Below are positions 14,166-32,054 of a stretch of DNA of 64,000 bases, one piece after another. The DNA is from the human T2T-CHM13v2.0 reference genome, Homo sapiens, in NCBI RefSeq assembly GCF_009914755.1, contig NC_060934.1; one strand, 5' to 3'. Within the stretch, counting starts at the first letter, position 1; the number at the start of each line of letters is the position of its first letter. The position numbers and the translations under genes were made by a program. The notes beneath the pieces were generated by a model. The model worked only from the letters and a program-made list of their open reading frames with translations, made no database searches and was not told the DNA's origin.

Positions 14166-14904
14166 TTTAGTTAGGTGGTAAAATAATTGACTCTTCCTCT
14201 GCCTCCACACAGCCTGCAAGCAGCAGCTGGTGCCCAGCATGCAAATGTATCACTACCAGCACCAGAGGTTAACAGATACTACAGCTGGAGCTGCAGAAAG
14301 AGCCTCCTGAGGAGCTGGACTCTGCAGATGAGAATGAAAGCAGTGACTTTATGGTGTACAGGTGTCCAGGCGTGGCCCTGAACAGGGAGAAGGTGGTGTG
14401 CAACCCTCTTTTTGGCCACTTCTCGCTGTCAGTGCCTCTGCTGGGCCCACGCCCACTGCCCCACTGAAGTGACCCCCAAGGCTGCAGGACACCCACCTGC
14501 TCCATGAGTGGGGAGAGGCAGGGCCCACGCTTCTCATTACAAAAATATGTTCTGACACTCTGAGTACTTGTGGCTGGGCTGGAGAGGCATTGGGCCCTGG
14601 GATCTCTTGCCAGGGAGACAACCCCCCTGCAACTTTGTGCTAGGTAATCTTCTGTCCCCTCTTGTGTCTCTTCTTTCCAGTCTGGACCTTCAAATTGGAG
14701 GGGGTGAGGAGAACCCTAAAGCCCAGGCATCGATGGGGAATTCTGGAGACAAAAGCTAATTAAAGTTCATTTCAAACCTGTGGGGAGAAAAATTCTAGAC
14801 ATAAACCTAATGTAAAGAAACACATAAAATTTTATTGGAAGACAAAAGAAAAGTGGAATGAGCACACATATCATGTTTTTGGATGGTAAGAATAAAAATT
14901 GTGA

Positions 14905-15235
<331 letters not shown>

Positions 15236-15285
15236 CTAAATCATCTATTAATTCAATGCAACCTCATGAAAAATTACAAAGGGAT

Positions 15286-15685
15286 TGTTTTAGTCCATTT
15301 TATGTTGTTATAACAACACCACAGACTGGGTAATTTATAATAAGCAGAAATTTGTTTGGCTCATAGTTCTGGAGGCTGGGAAGTCCAAGAGCATGGTGCC
15401 AGCATTTGGTGAGAGCCTTGGTGCTGCATCATCCCATGGCAGGAGTTGATAGGACAAGAGAGAGGGCTAGAGTAAGACAGGGAAGGTGATCCAAATGTAT
15501 TCTTTTATCAGGAATCCACTCTTGAGATAACTAACCCACTCCTGCAATAACTTCATTAATTCATTTATGTAGATAGTGCCCTCCTGACCTAATCACCTCT
15601 TAAAGGTCTCATCTCTCAACATTGTTGCACTGGGCATTAAATTTCCAACACATGAACTTTGGGGGGCCACATTCAGACCATAACA
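15286..15685 (-). mobile_element. MaLR solo LTR (MST/MLT1A-like)
   Basis: tgttttagtccattt ... ggctcatagttctggaggctgggaagtccaag ... cattcagaccataaca; 5-bp TSD GGGAT on both sides. Confidence 0.88.
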
Positions 15686-15755
15686 GGGATATTTTATGAA
15701 ATTTGACAAGCTGATCTGCTAGTTTATATAGAATGGAAAATACACAGATTAATAA

Positions 15756-16071
<316 letters not shown>

Positions 16072-16130
16072 AATAAAAAAGATTGGCACCACTTTTAAAA
16101 TTTGAATTTTTTGCCAACAATAAAAATTTG

Positions 16131-16456
<326 letters not shown>

Positions 16457-16664
16457 TCAACAGTTTTGGATAAAATATTTGCAAGCTACAGGGTTAATAG
16501 AGATTATTATTCATAATATGTCAGGAGCTCATACAAGTAAAAAAAGGAAAAAAGGCAGAAAGATGGATAAAAATGGAAACAGTCAAGTGATTCACTTAAA
16601 TAAACCAATCTACATGTGAAAACATTCTTAATCTCATTAGTAAAACAGTGAACACAGATCAAAG

Positions 16665-17874
16665 TGTGTCCGGAATTGGTTGTTTCTTGGTCTCACTGAC
16701 TTCAAGAATGAAGCCTTGGACCCTCACGGTGAGTGTTACAGGTCTTAAGGTGGCGCGTCTGGAGTTTGTTCCTTCTGACGTTCAGATGTGTTCGGAGTTT
16801 CTTCCTTCTGGTGGGGTCGTGGTCTCGCTGGCTCAGGAGTGAAGCTGCAGACCTTCCCGGTGAGTGTTACAGCTTTTAAGGCGGCATATCTGCAGTTGTT
16901 CGTTCCTCCCGGTGGGCTCATGGTCTCCCTGGCTTCAGGAGTGAAGCTGCAGATCTTCTCGGTGAGTGTTACAGCTCATAAAAGCAGCGTGGACCGAAAG
17001 AGTGAGCAGTAGCAAGATTTACTGCAAAGAGCAAAAGAACAAAACCTCCACAGTGTGGAAGAGGGCCCAAGCGGGTTGCCACTGCTGGGTCGGGCTGCCT
17101 GCTTTTATTCTCTTATCTGGCCCCACCCACATCCTGCTGGTTGGTAGAGCCGAGTGGCCTGTTTTAACAGGGCGCTGATTGGTGCGTTTACAATCCCTGA
17201 GCTAGACATAAAGGTTCTCCACAGCCCCACCAGACTCAGGAGCCCAGCTGGCTTCACCCAGTGGATCCCGCACAGGGGCTGCAGGTGGAGCTGCCTGCCA
17301 GTCCAGCACCATGCGCTCGCACTCCTCAGCCCTTGGGTGGTCGATGGGACTGGGCGCCGTGGAGCAGGGAGTGGCGCTCGTCGGGGAGGCTCGGGCTGCA
17401 CAAGAGCCCACGGAGGCGGGGGAAGGCTCAGGGATGGCGGGCTGCAGTCCCGAGGCCTGCCCCGCAGGAAGGCAGCTAAGGCCCGGCGAGAAATCCACCG
17501 CAGCGCCGGTGGGCCGGCACTGCTGGGGGACCCAGTACACCCTCCGCAACCGCTGGCCCGGGTGCCAAGTCCCTCACTGCCCAGGGCCGTTAGGACCGGC
17601 CGGCTGCTCGGAGTGCGGGGCCCGCCAAGCCCACGCTCACCCGGAACTCCAGCTGGCTCGCAAGCGCGGCGCGCAGCCCCGGTTCCTGCTCGCGCCTCTC
17701 CCTCCACACCTCCCTTGCAAGCTGAGGGAGCCGGCTCTGGCCTTGGCCAGCCCAGAAAGGGGCTCCCATAGTGCAGCGCTGGGCTGAAGGGCTCCTCAAG
17801 TGCCACCAAAGTGGGAGCCCAGGCAGAGGAGGCGCCGAGAGCTGTGAGGACTGCCAGCACGCTGTCACCTCGCA
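16665..17874 (-). mobile_element. LTR12C (ERV9) solo LTR
   Basis: Sense strand starts TGCGAGGTGACAGCGTGCTGGCAG and ends CAATTCCGGACACA; 4-bp TSD AAAG (16661-16664 and 17875-17878); CpG-rich U3. Confidence 0.93.
17075..17185 (-). promoter_or_regulatory. LTR12 core promoter
   Basis: AATAAAA TATA-equivalent at 17103-17109, GATA at about 17112-17117, one intact CCAAT at 17178-17182. Confidence 0.6.
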
Positions 17875-18014
17875 AAAGTAAGGAAGATCGATTATTTTTC
17901 ACCCATTAGCTGGGCAATTCAAAAAAATTCTGTTGCATTCCATTTTGGGGGAGTATGCATTGGTAATAGCCTTTTGAAGATTGATTTGGCAGTGTTTATT
18001 AAAAGTAAAAATAC

Positions 18015-18393
<379 letters not shown>

Positions 18394-18551
18394 TTATACA
18401 GGTTGAAAGAGGCATGGGTAAAGATTTTCAATGCAGCATTGTTCATAATTGCAAAAAATTTTCAATTTAAATGTCCATCATTATGGAAACAAATTGTGAT
18501 ATTTCCAATACTACATAGCATTATGCAGCAGTAAGAGAGAATAAGGTAAGT

Positions 18552-18840
18552 GGCTGGGCACGGTGGCTCACGCCTGTAATCCCAGCACTTTGGGAGGCCG
18601 AAGTGGGCAGATTACTTGAGGTCAAGAGTTTGAGAACAGCCTGGTCAACATGGTGAAACCCCATCTCTACAAAAACACAAAAAATTAGCTGGACATGGTG
18701 GTGTGTGCCTGTAATCCCAGCTACTTGGGAGGCTGAGGTAGGATAATCACTTAAACTTGGAGGCAGAGGTTGCAGTGAGCTGAGATTGCGCCACTGCACT
18801 CCAACCTGAGTGAACCAAAAAAAAAAAAAAAAAAAAAAAA
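18552..18840 (+). mobile_element. AluS SINE with 3'-terminal deletion
   Basis: Ends ...ctccaacctgagtgaacc(A)n and lacks agagcgagactccgtctc. Confidence 0.9.
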
Positions 18841-18889
18841 CGAGAGAGAGAGACTAAGGTAGACCTGTAAAGACTAAGGTAGACCTATA

Positions 18890-19164
<275 letters not shown>

Positions 19165-19881
19165 TTAGTACTGACATGGAAAGATTAATAAGACATATTT
19201 TTATGTGACAAAGTACACATTGAGCAATATGTACAGTTTAATGCTATTTATATACCTCCGGTGTGTGTGTCTGTTTGTGCGTTTGTGTGTATGTATGAAT
19301 GCACATGTACAACTGCATAGAAAAAAAGCCTAAAATTTACATACCAAGCTGTAATAGTGCTTTCTGTGGGGGTGTGTGTTGTGATTGGGGCCGGGGGAGG
19401 GAGGAGGTAAAAGTGGTTCTTTTTTGTAGTCGATATACTTCTGTATTGTATGAAAACTTAAAATAATATATTCATTCTTAATTAAGCTATTAAACATTGT
19501 TTTTTAAAACCAATATATCAAGAGCCGATACATTTTTCATAAAGACATTTTACCCAAATTTAGTTAAGGTAAAAAGGTTTAATGCAGTGAAATAAGAAAA
19601 ATATGATCAACAGTCTCAGGTAAAATATTTGCAAGCTACATGATTGATAAAGATTATTATTCATAATATGTAAGGAGCTCATACATATGAATAAAAAGGG
19701 GCAAAGGTAGAAAGATGGAGAAAAATGGAAACAGTCAAGTGAATTCAGGAATTCATCATCATCGCGATAAATGGAGTCTTTTTTGGCCTCCTTTTCTGAA
19801 AGGATTTATTTTCTTAAACTCTGATCCCCCTTCGCCCAACCATCCCACCCCGGAGCCCTTCTCCCTTTTTAATTTCAGTAA

Positions 19882-20207
<326 letters not shown>

Positions 20208-21181
20208 ATGTTGATAGTTTCTGAAGTGGTGGAAGGATCAGGGAGTGAGGACAGTCTTCAATCCTTGACCCATAACTACCATTTAGGTACGGATTTACGT
20301 CCTCACTACCCAAGCAGAGATTTTAAAGCTCTTAAGTTCTTCCCCCTCCACTGCTCTCCTCAAGGTGACGTAATCATACAAAGAGGTCAGCTAGGAAAAG
20401 GATCTGGGTAACTCACACCAGGACAGTTAGTTCCTGCATGATTGAAAGCTGGCTAGTTGGATTTCATTCAAAGGTAATGACCACATTTCCTTAAAAAAAA
20501 ATTGGCAAAACGTTACGTTTGGTGGCCTGGTGCATAAATCAACATCCGACAACCCCCCTTCCCCAAAATGGATAATGCTCAAAAATGAGACACATTTGTA
20601 GGCCTCTTGGGTATCTTTGTTTGAATGACCCTTTTTTTTCCTCCTGACCTGTACTCTCCACACTGTATATCAAAACCCACAGACTTTATTCCCTCTCCCC
20701 CTTCCCACCCCTTTAAGAAATTTATTTGTGCTTCACTCATTTCATGTAACCCTCTGCTTCTGTGCTCGAAGCAGAAGAAAGAGTTTAGTGTCTAAAAAAT
20801 AGCCCTTGAGCAAGACAGCTCCTAAACAAACTCCCATCTCCTCTGCCAGCCCAAGGAGTGTTTCTCTTACAGTTTACACAAGAAGTCGTTAAAAAACAAA
20901 GAGTGAGCTGATCTGATATCCAATAAAGTCACATTTGATTTACTTCCTTGTGAAAATGCTTACTCAATAGGCTTTCCAGTGAATTTTTAAATGAACACTT
21001 TTGTTGGAGTTTGTATGTGTGTATATGTGCACATGTAAGAGGGAAGCTTCCTTTAAACATGTTAAAATACCTGTTTTGGTTTTAGGGGATTTGTGTACAG
21101 ATGCATTATGATATCAATTGTATACTACAGAGAAAACCATTTTTATTACCTTCAAATGAAGACCTATGCAGTGGATCTGTC

Positions 21182-21932
<751 letters not shown>

Positions 21933-22571
21933 TATTTTGTCTGAATCAGATTATTCCTCCCTTTTAGGATTTACTACTCTGGCATTTGTATAATTCTGGT
22001 GGGTCAGTCAACTAATGGCTTGCAATCAACAACACTCCCACCACAGGGTGGGCGTGAGACCCAGGCAGGTCAGACAAAAACCTGTTTCAGAGACTGATGT
22101 AGACAATGAGAGGAAGTGGTCTCTCCAGGGAAGAGAGTCTTCTCTGTGTCGGTGTGGTTCTCCCTTTGGGCAGGCTATTGAAGGACAGTGCAGAGAGGAG
22201 GAAGCTATCCTATGTGGTTGGCTGAACATGACAGCTTTGACATGGAGAACAAGTAATATTCAGCAGGTTACTAATATGTTTGCCTATGTAGAAGGATAAG
22301 TATGTTCCCGATTAGACGGGCGTGGGGTAACAAACGTGCCAACTGAAACATGAACCCTTTGCTGGAAATTTTATGCCAGCAGTGACCTGCAGACTTCTTT
22401 TTTATATATATAATTTAAGTATTCTTAATTTCTAATAAAAATATAATTGTGAAACTGATCATTTAATTAAATTATAATGTAATTATTTAGTAATTACCTT
22501 AGAAGTTAGATCAAAAGGATATAAAACATATGACTAGTGATTTAAAAAAAAATTTCAGCTAGTAAATTTAA

Positions 22572-22850
<279 letters not shown>

Positions 22851-22857
22851 ACAACTT

Positions 22858-23063
22858 CTATTTTAGAGTCAGGGGGTGTACGTGCAGGTTTGTTTCATGA
22901 GTATATTGCGTGATGCTGAGGTTTGGGGAATGATTGAGCCTGTCACCCAGGTATTAAGCACAGTCTCCAGTAGGTATAGTTTCCTAACCCGTTCCTCATC
23001 TCTTCTTCCTCCCTCTAGTTGTTTGCAGTGTCTGCTGTTGCCATCTTTATGCCATGTGTACTC
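22858..23063 (-). mobile_element. L1PA/L1PB 3'-end fragment
   Basis: gtacgtgcaggtttgtttcatgagtatattgcgtgatgctgaggtttgggg. Confidence 0.82.
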
Positions 23064-23491
23064 AGATCTGCAGATCTCTGAGATGGGGTTGGCATGATGG
23101 GAAGAGGACATTGACATGGCATGAGAAATTCCTGAAGACAGTAGGGACCGGAGCTTCTGGGTAGTGCTTTGTTGTAATGAGAGGAAGGACCTTTTAGAAA
23201 TTGATTGGCAGAATAGACAGTAAGTAAATTGAGCGACTTTATTGAGTAGTAAATGACAGAGTAGCTTGAGGAAAGAAGAGTTGAATAACAACTTGAAAGA
23301 GACTGGGAAGAAAACAGATTAATAATGCTTATGGGAAAGTCGAAAAAATAGTTTCTACTTGTTAGGAGAGATGTCCTGGAGAGGAGTAAGGCACTCTAAG
23401 TGCCAGCCTTCCTTCCCAGGTACCAAGTTATTGTCCAGGACTCAGGAGACTGATATGGGTTTAGAACCTGAGGATCTAAATGAGGGAGATT

Positions 23492-23830
23492 GGCTGGGCA
23501 CAGTGGCTCATGCCTGTAATCCCAGCACTTTGGGAGGCTGATGCAGGAGGATCGCTTGAGGCCAGGAGTTCAAGATCAGTTTGGGCAACATAGCAAGCCC
23601 CTATCTTTACAAAAAAAATAAAAAAAAAAAATTAACCAGGCGTGGTGGCACATGCCTGTAGTCTCAGCTACTCTGAAGTCCAAGGTGGGAGGATCGCTTG
23701 AGCCCAAGAGTTCAACACTGCCATGAGCTATGGTTGTGCCACTATACTCCAGCCTGGGCAACAGAGTGAGACTCTGTATCTAAAAATAAATACATACATA
23801 CATACATACATACATACATACATACATACA
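23492..23830 (+). mobile_element. AluJ SINE with (TACA)n tail
   Basis: Dimeric Alu; about 10 TACA units at 23791-23830. Confidence 0.92.
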
Positions 23831-26351
23831 AAGGAGACCTAACAGCTAAAACATCCTGCCCAATGGGATGACTCCTTACTGGACAGCGGCAAACTGACCT
23901 GGCTTCTTGGGCCAGGAAAATCACATGAAATGGGTCTACAGCTCAGGTTGGATTCTGAGCAGCATTAAGCCAGCACTGCTTCAGCTCTCCCCAGGGCCTG
24001 ATGTATGTCATGAACTTGGAAGCACCACGATTTGCCTGTCTATACTGCTGCTTGAGCCTGCTTTTGGGCTGTCCTAGTTTCTTGTGTATTCTTAAGTCAA
24101 ACCCCCTCGATAAAGATGATCTGTGTGTCTTATCCACGCACACATTCAAGCCTGATCAGTTCAGGAGATGATCTCCTCTATGTATCATAAACTCAGTAAT
24201 AGTTTCTAGACATTGCAAAGTAGGAAGAAAGAGACCAGAATGAACAACTAGGGAAATAGGAACACAGGGAGTCATTTGAATAATAGATTGTTATTGACGC
24301 CAGGCTAGTGGACACTTGCTGTCTGGAAGAAGGAAAAAGTTAGCTGCCTTTTTGAGCGATAGGGGTGTGGTCAGGTTGAAAGAGCCCTGGAGTGAGACCC
24401 CAGAAGATCTAAGCTTTACTTCTAGGGAGCTATGCAACCCCTTACTTGGCCCCAGTTTCAATTCAATTCTAAATTTACAGAGTCCTTCCTCTACGAACAA
24501 GATTCTGGTTGGTCAGGCTTCAGAGAAGCCTGAAATGAATGAATTAGGCAATGCCGCATAGGTGCAGCAGAGTGGAGAGGCTGGGGTTTCAAAGACAAGT
24601 GCACAACAAACCCTACTTTAAGCAGAGCAAGACTGAGATGAGTGCTCTCTTTGGGTAGAAATCAAGTGTTATGGAATCCCCACGATGACTGTTGGATGAG
24701 ATGGGTCTCTGAATGTAAATTTGCAGGTTCTGCTCTTCTCTGCTGGAAGCAAGGGTTATCTCCATCTGCTTCCTGACACTGCTGAAATGCGAGGCCTGTC
24801 AGGCAGAGGGGCAATGAACTCTTGATTCTGGTTCCCGGGCTGGGACTCTGAGATATGATGAAGGCCTCTTTACATGCAGGCTGACAGAGCTGGTGAAAGA
24901 CGGACAGGGAGTTGTAGAGGGAAAGGAGAGGATGTGGGGTCGCCCTCTTGTCCCTTTTAGTCGGCACTGGTCTTAATCAATGAAAGAAACCTCAGCGCCA
25001 GCACTGGAATCCTGCCTCAGCTTAATGTATTAAAGTGTTTTACAACCTCCCTTTGCTCTCCCGCCTTCCAGTCCCCCTGTTTCCTCCTTATCTATTATTT
25101 CCAGAGCTAAAGAAGTGAGGCAAATAAACTTCAGTGGTGGAGGGTTTCTTTCTCCTTTCCTCCCTTTGCCAGTTGGGAGCACGTTTCTTAGTGGGCGTAC
25201 ACCATCGGATTCTCTCTGCCTCTGCCTCTAACTTTCTCTCTCTTTCTCTGTCTTCCTCTCTCTCCCTCTCTCTGTGTCTGACTCCTTCTATTTTTCTCTT
25301 CTCCATTAGTCTTTGTTTCTCTTTCTCCACCCTGCACCCCTGAAATCTGTTACAATAAGACACAGGATCTGAAAACCCACGTGATTTTATCTCTGAAATT
25401 TGCAAACAGCAAACTAATTCGATGCAAGAGAAATGAAATGTTTTCATATCCTTTTAATTGCTGGACTCCTCTGCATCTTCTCAAGCACACATTTTCCAGA
25501 CCATAAAAATGTTTGATTCTAAGTTTGTTTTGATTTTCAACCAGGGGCAGCAAATATAACTTTTTTTCCCCCCTGTGGAGTCACTGACAGCTTTACTCAA
25601 TTTCCAACCTATCCAAGCACTTTCCTTAAGAAAGAGTGTTAAGGTTTTTCCTTAAAATCACCATTTGCAAGGGAGGGGGAGATTGCTTCTCTGGTGAAAT
25701 GCACTGATTGGACAGACTTTCGTGTTGGCTACAGTATTGTGGTTTTTGCTTGAGGATGAAAAACAAGTGGGTGGGAATATAATTTCTCTCTTCAGCTGAA
25801 AGCTATTTTGACTGTCTATTCAGGCAGTCAGTTGGGTGTATTCATTCATCCATTCATTCACTATTTCAACAATAATTTATTTAGTGGCTACTAAAAGACA
25901 GGTTCTGTATTCCAGATTTCCAGTTATTACTTAACTAGCACAGGATGCTGATGCCTTCAGTGACTTGGCAGATAGGACCATGTCAAGACAAATTAGCTTA
26001 AGGGCAAAAATAATTTATTACAGTTTCAACATAATGGTAGAAGTTTCAATTAAACAGAAAGTTACAATTCTAAATTTGTAGGCACTGAATCACATATAAA
26101 GCCTAAGTTAACAGTTTTAAGGATAAATCGAGGTTTTAAAACATCTCTCTCTTGGAATTAGTGATAGATTCACTAAAAAATCATTGGAGACATAGATGAT
26201 TTGAACAGCACAATTACCAGTATTAATCTACTGAGAAATGTACATACATATATATGTATGTATGTGTGTGTGTGTCTGTGTAAAATGTGCCCAGTTCCTG
26301 GTCAATACACATTCTTTTTAAGTACTCATAGGCCAATTTATAAATTGATGA

Positions 26352-26705
26352 CAGTTGGCCCTCTGTATCTGTGGTTCCACAACTTCAGATTCAATCAATC
26401 TTGAGTAGAAAGTGTTTGAAAAAAAAAAAAAGGTAACAATAAAACAATGAAAACAAAACAATATGAAATAATAACAAAGCAAAAACAATGAAAAACTACT
26501 GATTAAAAACTACAATATAACAACTATTTACATAGTATTTACATTATATTAGGTACTATAAGTAATCTAGCGATGATTTAAAGTGTATAGGAGGATGTGT
26601 ATAGGTTATAATCAAACACTACTCCCATTTTATATGAGGAACTTGAGCATCTTTGGGTTTTGGAATCCACGGGGGTCCTGGAACCAATGCCCCTGAGGGA
26701 CACCT
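26352..26705 (-). mobile_element. MER2 (TcMar-Tigger) DNA transposon
   Basis: cagttggccctctgtatctgtgg ... gggggtcctggaaccaatgcccc matches MER2 in antisense. Confidence 0.85.
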
Positions 26706-26824
26706 ATACTTAACAGGTCATAAAGCAAGCTTACAAATCTCAAAGTCCCTAGCACGATACAAATAAACCAGAAATCAGTGTTTAAAAGATAAACTTAAAA
26801 TAAATCTCTTATCATGTAATGTTA

Positions 26825-27283
<459 letters not shown>

Positions 27284-28635
27284 TTACCTGGAAAAAAAAG
27301 AAAGGCTATGTATCTATCTTAAGAAGATAAGAAGAAAGAAATAATAAGATAGCAATAAGAAATAAAATAAGAAACAAAGACGCAAAATTATCAAAGCCAA
27401 AGCTGCTTAAAATGACAAACTTTTTGTAAGATCAATAAAAAGAGAAATGACAATATCTGAATGAATGAAGTTCATAACTGCTAATGCAGCAGAGATTACA
27501 TTTTACGGGAATACTATGATCAACTTAATGTCAAATACTTAAAAACTTAGGTTAAGTGGAAAAATTCCTAGAAACGTATAAATTTTAAAACTGATTTAAG
27601 TAATAAACACCTGAAGGGCCCTATAATTTTTAAAGAATTTGAGTCGGTAGTTAAAAATCTTCCCACAAAATAAACACCAATCCCAGATGTTTTTATAAGT
27701 AGTTTCTACTGTATATTCAAGGAACAGCTAGTTTCAAGCTTATACAAACTCAAAGAATAGAAAGAGACAGAACATTTTTCACCTATTTTATGAGACAAAT
27801 GTAATCCAGATTCCAATAGCAAACAAGGACATTTAGGAGAAAAAAAGATCCCCAGACCAATCTAAAGACAAGAATCCTAAATAGCAAACCATAGCAAGCA
27901 ATGAACAAGTACTGTTTATTTCTAGAATGATTGATTTAGCGTTATAAAATGTACTATGTCATACCTCATATCAGTAGTCTTGAGAAAAATCCTGTGATCA
28001 TAATAGATTCAGAAAAAGCATTTGAGGAAATTCATAAACCATTCATGATAAAATCTTAGCAAGCAAGGTTTAGGATGGAAATCCCTGTACCGACAGCCAA
28101 CATCTTATGAGTAGCGAATTATGAAAAGCCTTCTCTTTAAAAATCAGGCATGAAACAGGGGTGGCTGCTCTTGCCGCTGCAGACCAGCAGTGCTCTGGAG
28201 CACAAGCCGGTGTAAGGAAAGTAGAAAGTGTAAGAATCAGAAAGGAAAAAAATAAAATATTACTATTTGCAGATGATACGGTTTTCTACGTAGAAAACGC
28301 GAAAGAATTTACAAAGCATGAGAAATTTCACACACTCACAGTTGTATCAGGCAGGGTCTTTACAGGAAATAGGTGGCAACTCCAACGCAGTTGAATGACT
28401 GCAAAGGTCTGTGCGGGGTGAAGGGATACCAGCGAAGATGATCAAACCCCTGGGCAAGTAACAGCCAGGGACCCTCAGGCCTGGGAGGCAAGAATGGGAA
28501 GCAGAAGCTGGAGCGAATTTCAGCTTTAGCTGGAGCTGCAAGCGGGAGGTGTTTGTTTCAGGAGAAGAGCACAGTCACTGCCTACCGGCTGCCTGGTAGA
28601 GAAGGTGCTGGGAAGTAAGACCCAATTCACTCTTT

Positions 28636-29275
<640 letters not shown>

Positions 29276-29679
29276 TCCAATTCACTCTTCTTCTGCCCTC
29301 TGATCTCCCACCCATTGCTTTCTACTTCCAACATTCCAGGGAGTCAGGATCCAGAGAGCCTGTCGATGCTGTCCACAGAGTCAGTCTCCTGGGCACATGA
29401 CATGGTAGGAAGGATGGAGGGTACACTTGGAAAGCAAAGGCAGGATAACCCAGATGCATCTGACAAACGCTGTGCAGGTCCTTCATGCAGAAAATTATAC
29501 AATTGTATTCAGTTGTAATAAAAATGCTAAATAAATGGAGAGAGAACCATATTCATGGTAGAAAGACATAATAAAAATGGCAATTCTACCCAAAATGATA
29601 AGATACTTAATGCAATTTTAGTAAGAATGCCAAAAGGATATTTTGTGCAGAACTTGATAAGCAAATTCTAAACTTAATC

Positions 29680-29961
29680 TATTTTATTTATTTGTTTTTT
29701 TGAGACAAAGTCTTGCTGTGTCACCCAGGCTGAATCTCGGCTCACTGCAACCTTTGCCTCCCGGGTTCAAATGATTCTCCTGCCTCAGCCTCCTGAGTAG
29801 CTGGGATTACAGGTGTATGCCACCATGCCTGGCTAATTTTTGTATTTTTAGTAGAGACGAGGTTTCCCCATGTTGGCCAGGCTGGTTTTGAATTCCTGAC
29901 CTCAGGTGATCTGCCTGCCTTGGCCTCCCAAAGTGCTGGGATTACAGGTGTGAGCCACTGC
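29680..29961 (-). mobile_element. AluS SINE
   Basis: Antisense Alu with a short right-arm deletion. Confidence 0.92.
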
Positions 29962-31052
29962 AATGGTGATAAAATTTAAATAGAAGAGTAAATTGATAGG
30001 AATAACCAAGGAATAACCAAGACAATCTTGAAAAGAACCAGGTGGGACATGTACAAGATATCAAGATTATCTACAAGATACTTGACGTCTACAAGATATC
30101 AAGACTTACTATAAAGTTTTAGCAATTAAGATAGTGCCTATTAGCCCAGAGAGACAACAGGAATGGAACACAGAGCCCAAGAAAAGGCCTGCCAAATATA
30201 GCAGTTTGATCCACGACCAAGCTGATAATTGCAGATCAGTGTACAAATGGCAGATTATTCAACAAGGGGCACCAGGACAGTCGGTCATGTGTATGGGAAA
30301 AATCACGAAAGCCGTCTCACAGTCTGTTTTCAGATGACAATGCTGAAGTCAGAGGGCAAGGTGGATTACAGTCCAAAATGTGAAAGGTAAAATTTTAAAG
30401 TACTTGGAAAAAAATATAGAAAGAATATCTTTATGACCCTGGGGATAGAGCAGAATTTCTTTAACAAGCACAGAGAGCACAAATCATAAAGGAAAATATC
30501 AATAAATTCAATCACAATAAAATCAAGATCTTCTGTCCAAAAGACATCAATGAGAGACTGAAAAGACAAGTCATAATCTGAGATATACCAGCACATAAAG
30601 GACAAAGGATGAGTATTCTGTAATATAAAGTATATTCTGTATATTATATACACAGAATACTCAACCTTTTATATAAAAATATGTATACAGAATACTCATC
30701 TGTTTAAATGTTTATAAATTAATAAGGAAAAGATAAACACTCCAATTTAAAAAAAGGCAGAAAATATGAACAGGTATGACCTAGAGGAAGACATAAATAA
30801 CTAATACACAAATGAAAAATGCTCGACCTCACTGGTTATCAGGATGATGATAACCACTATGAGACATCACTACACATCCTCTACAGTGGCCCAAATCAAA
30901 ATGTCTTGCAAAGCCAAGTATTGGCAGGAATGTGGAACAAAGGGAGCTTTCAAACACTGCTGTGTTTGTGCAAGTTGATAAAACCATTTTATAAAATAAT
31001 TTATTAGGAATTAAGTCAAACACATGCCAACCCTGTAAGCGACTAATTAGAC

Positions 31053-31098
31053 TGTCTGTGACATACAAAAATGGCAATTTCATGTGGTTCAACCTAAT
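31053..31098. mobile_element. MADE2 (mariner-derived) fragment
   Basis: caaaaatggcaatttcatgtggttcaacctaata, one terminal inverted repeat. Confidence 0.65.
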
Positions 31099-31709
31099 AT
31101 ATACCCTAAAGACACTCTTGCACCACTTTTGATCTGGAGACATGCATAAGATTCTTCATAGCAATATTGCTTGTGATAATTCTAAAAAGAAAACAACCTG
31201 AACTCAAATGTCCAGTGATGGCAGGATGGATAAGTATATTGATGTATACTAAGTAATGGTAGACTTTATATCACTGAAAATGAAAAACCTATACTCGATA
31301 CAGGTCAAGAACAAAGTGTATGAAAAAAGAGAACCAAGCAAAACAAAAAAAGCCCTAAATTGCGGAACTTATATATGATTCAACAACAGGCCAAACTCAA
31401 CAATATGTTAATCAGAGATATGTTCACATATGTTAAAATCTCTAAAGAAAATTCAGGAGGGGGTTTATATAAAGCTCAGCACTTACCTCTTAGAAAAAAA
31501 GAGGAGAACCTGTTTCTGGGTGGAGGTATTTATAAGGCTGCAGAATAATCAGTTACCTTTCTTTCTTAAGCTGGGAGACTGGCACATGGGTTTATGTTTC
31601 ATTTCTTTAATTTCATTTTTTAATTTCTATAATTCTTTAAGATGCACATATGTATGTGTTTTTTGGTGTATAGTGTATATACAAAACAAGTTTAAAAACA
31701 GAGTAGATT

Positions 31710-32054
<345 letters not shown>

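Noticed and set aside
17105-17902. 265-aa, 205-aa and 158-aa overlapping ORFs
   Set aside because: Essentially all within the GC-rich U3 of LTR12C, where stop codons are rare; open on both strands and no recognisable domain.
24939-24953. CTCF-like motif (GGACAAGAGGGCGAC on the minus strand)
   Set aside because: Core matches but the conserved upstream CC is GG; cannot be supported without ChIP data.
28161-28394. ORF containing the reverse-transcriptase motif LFADD
   Set aside because: Remnant of a decayed L1 ORF2 with surrounding stops and insertions; not a functional RT or a new retroelement.
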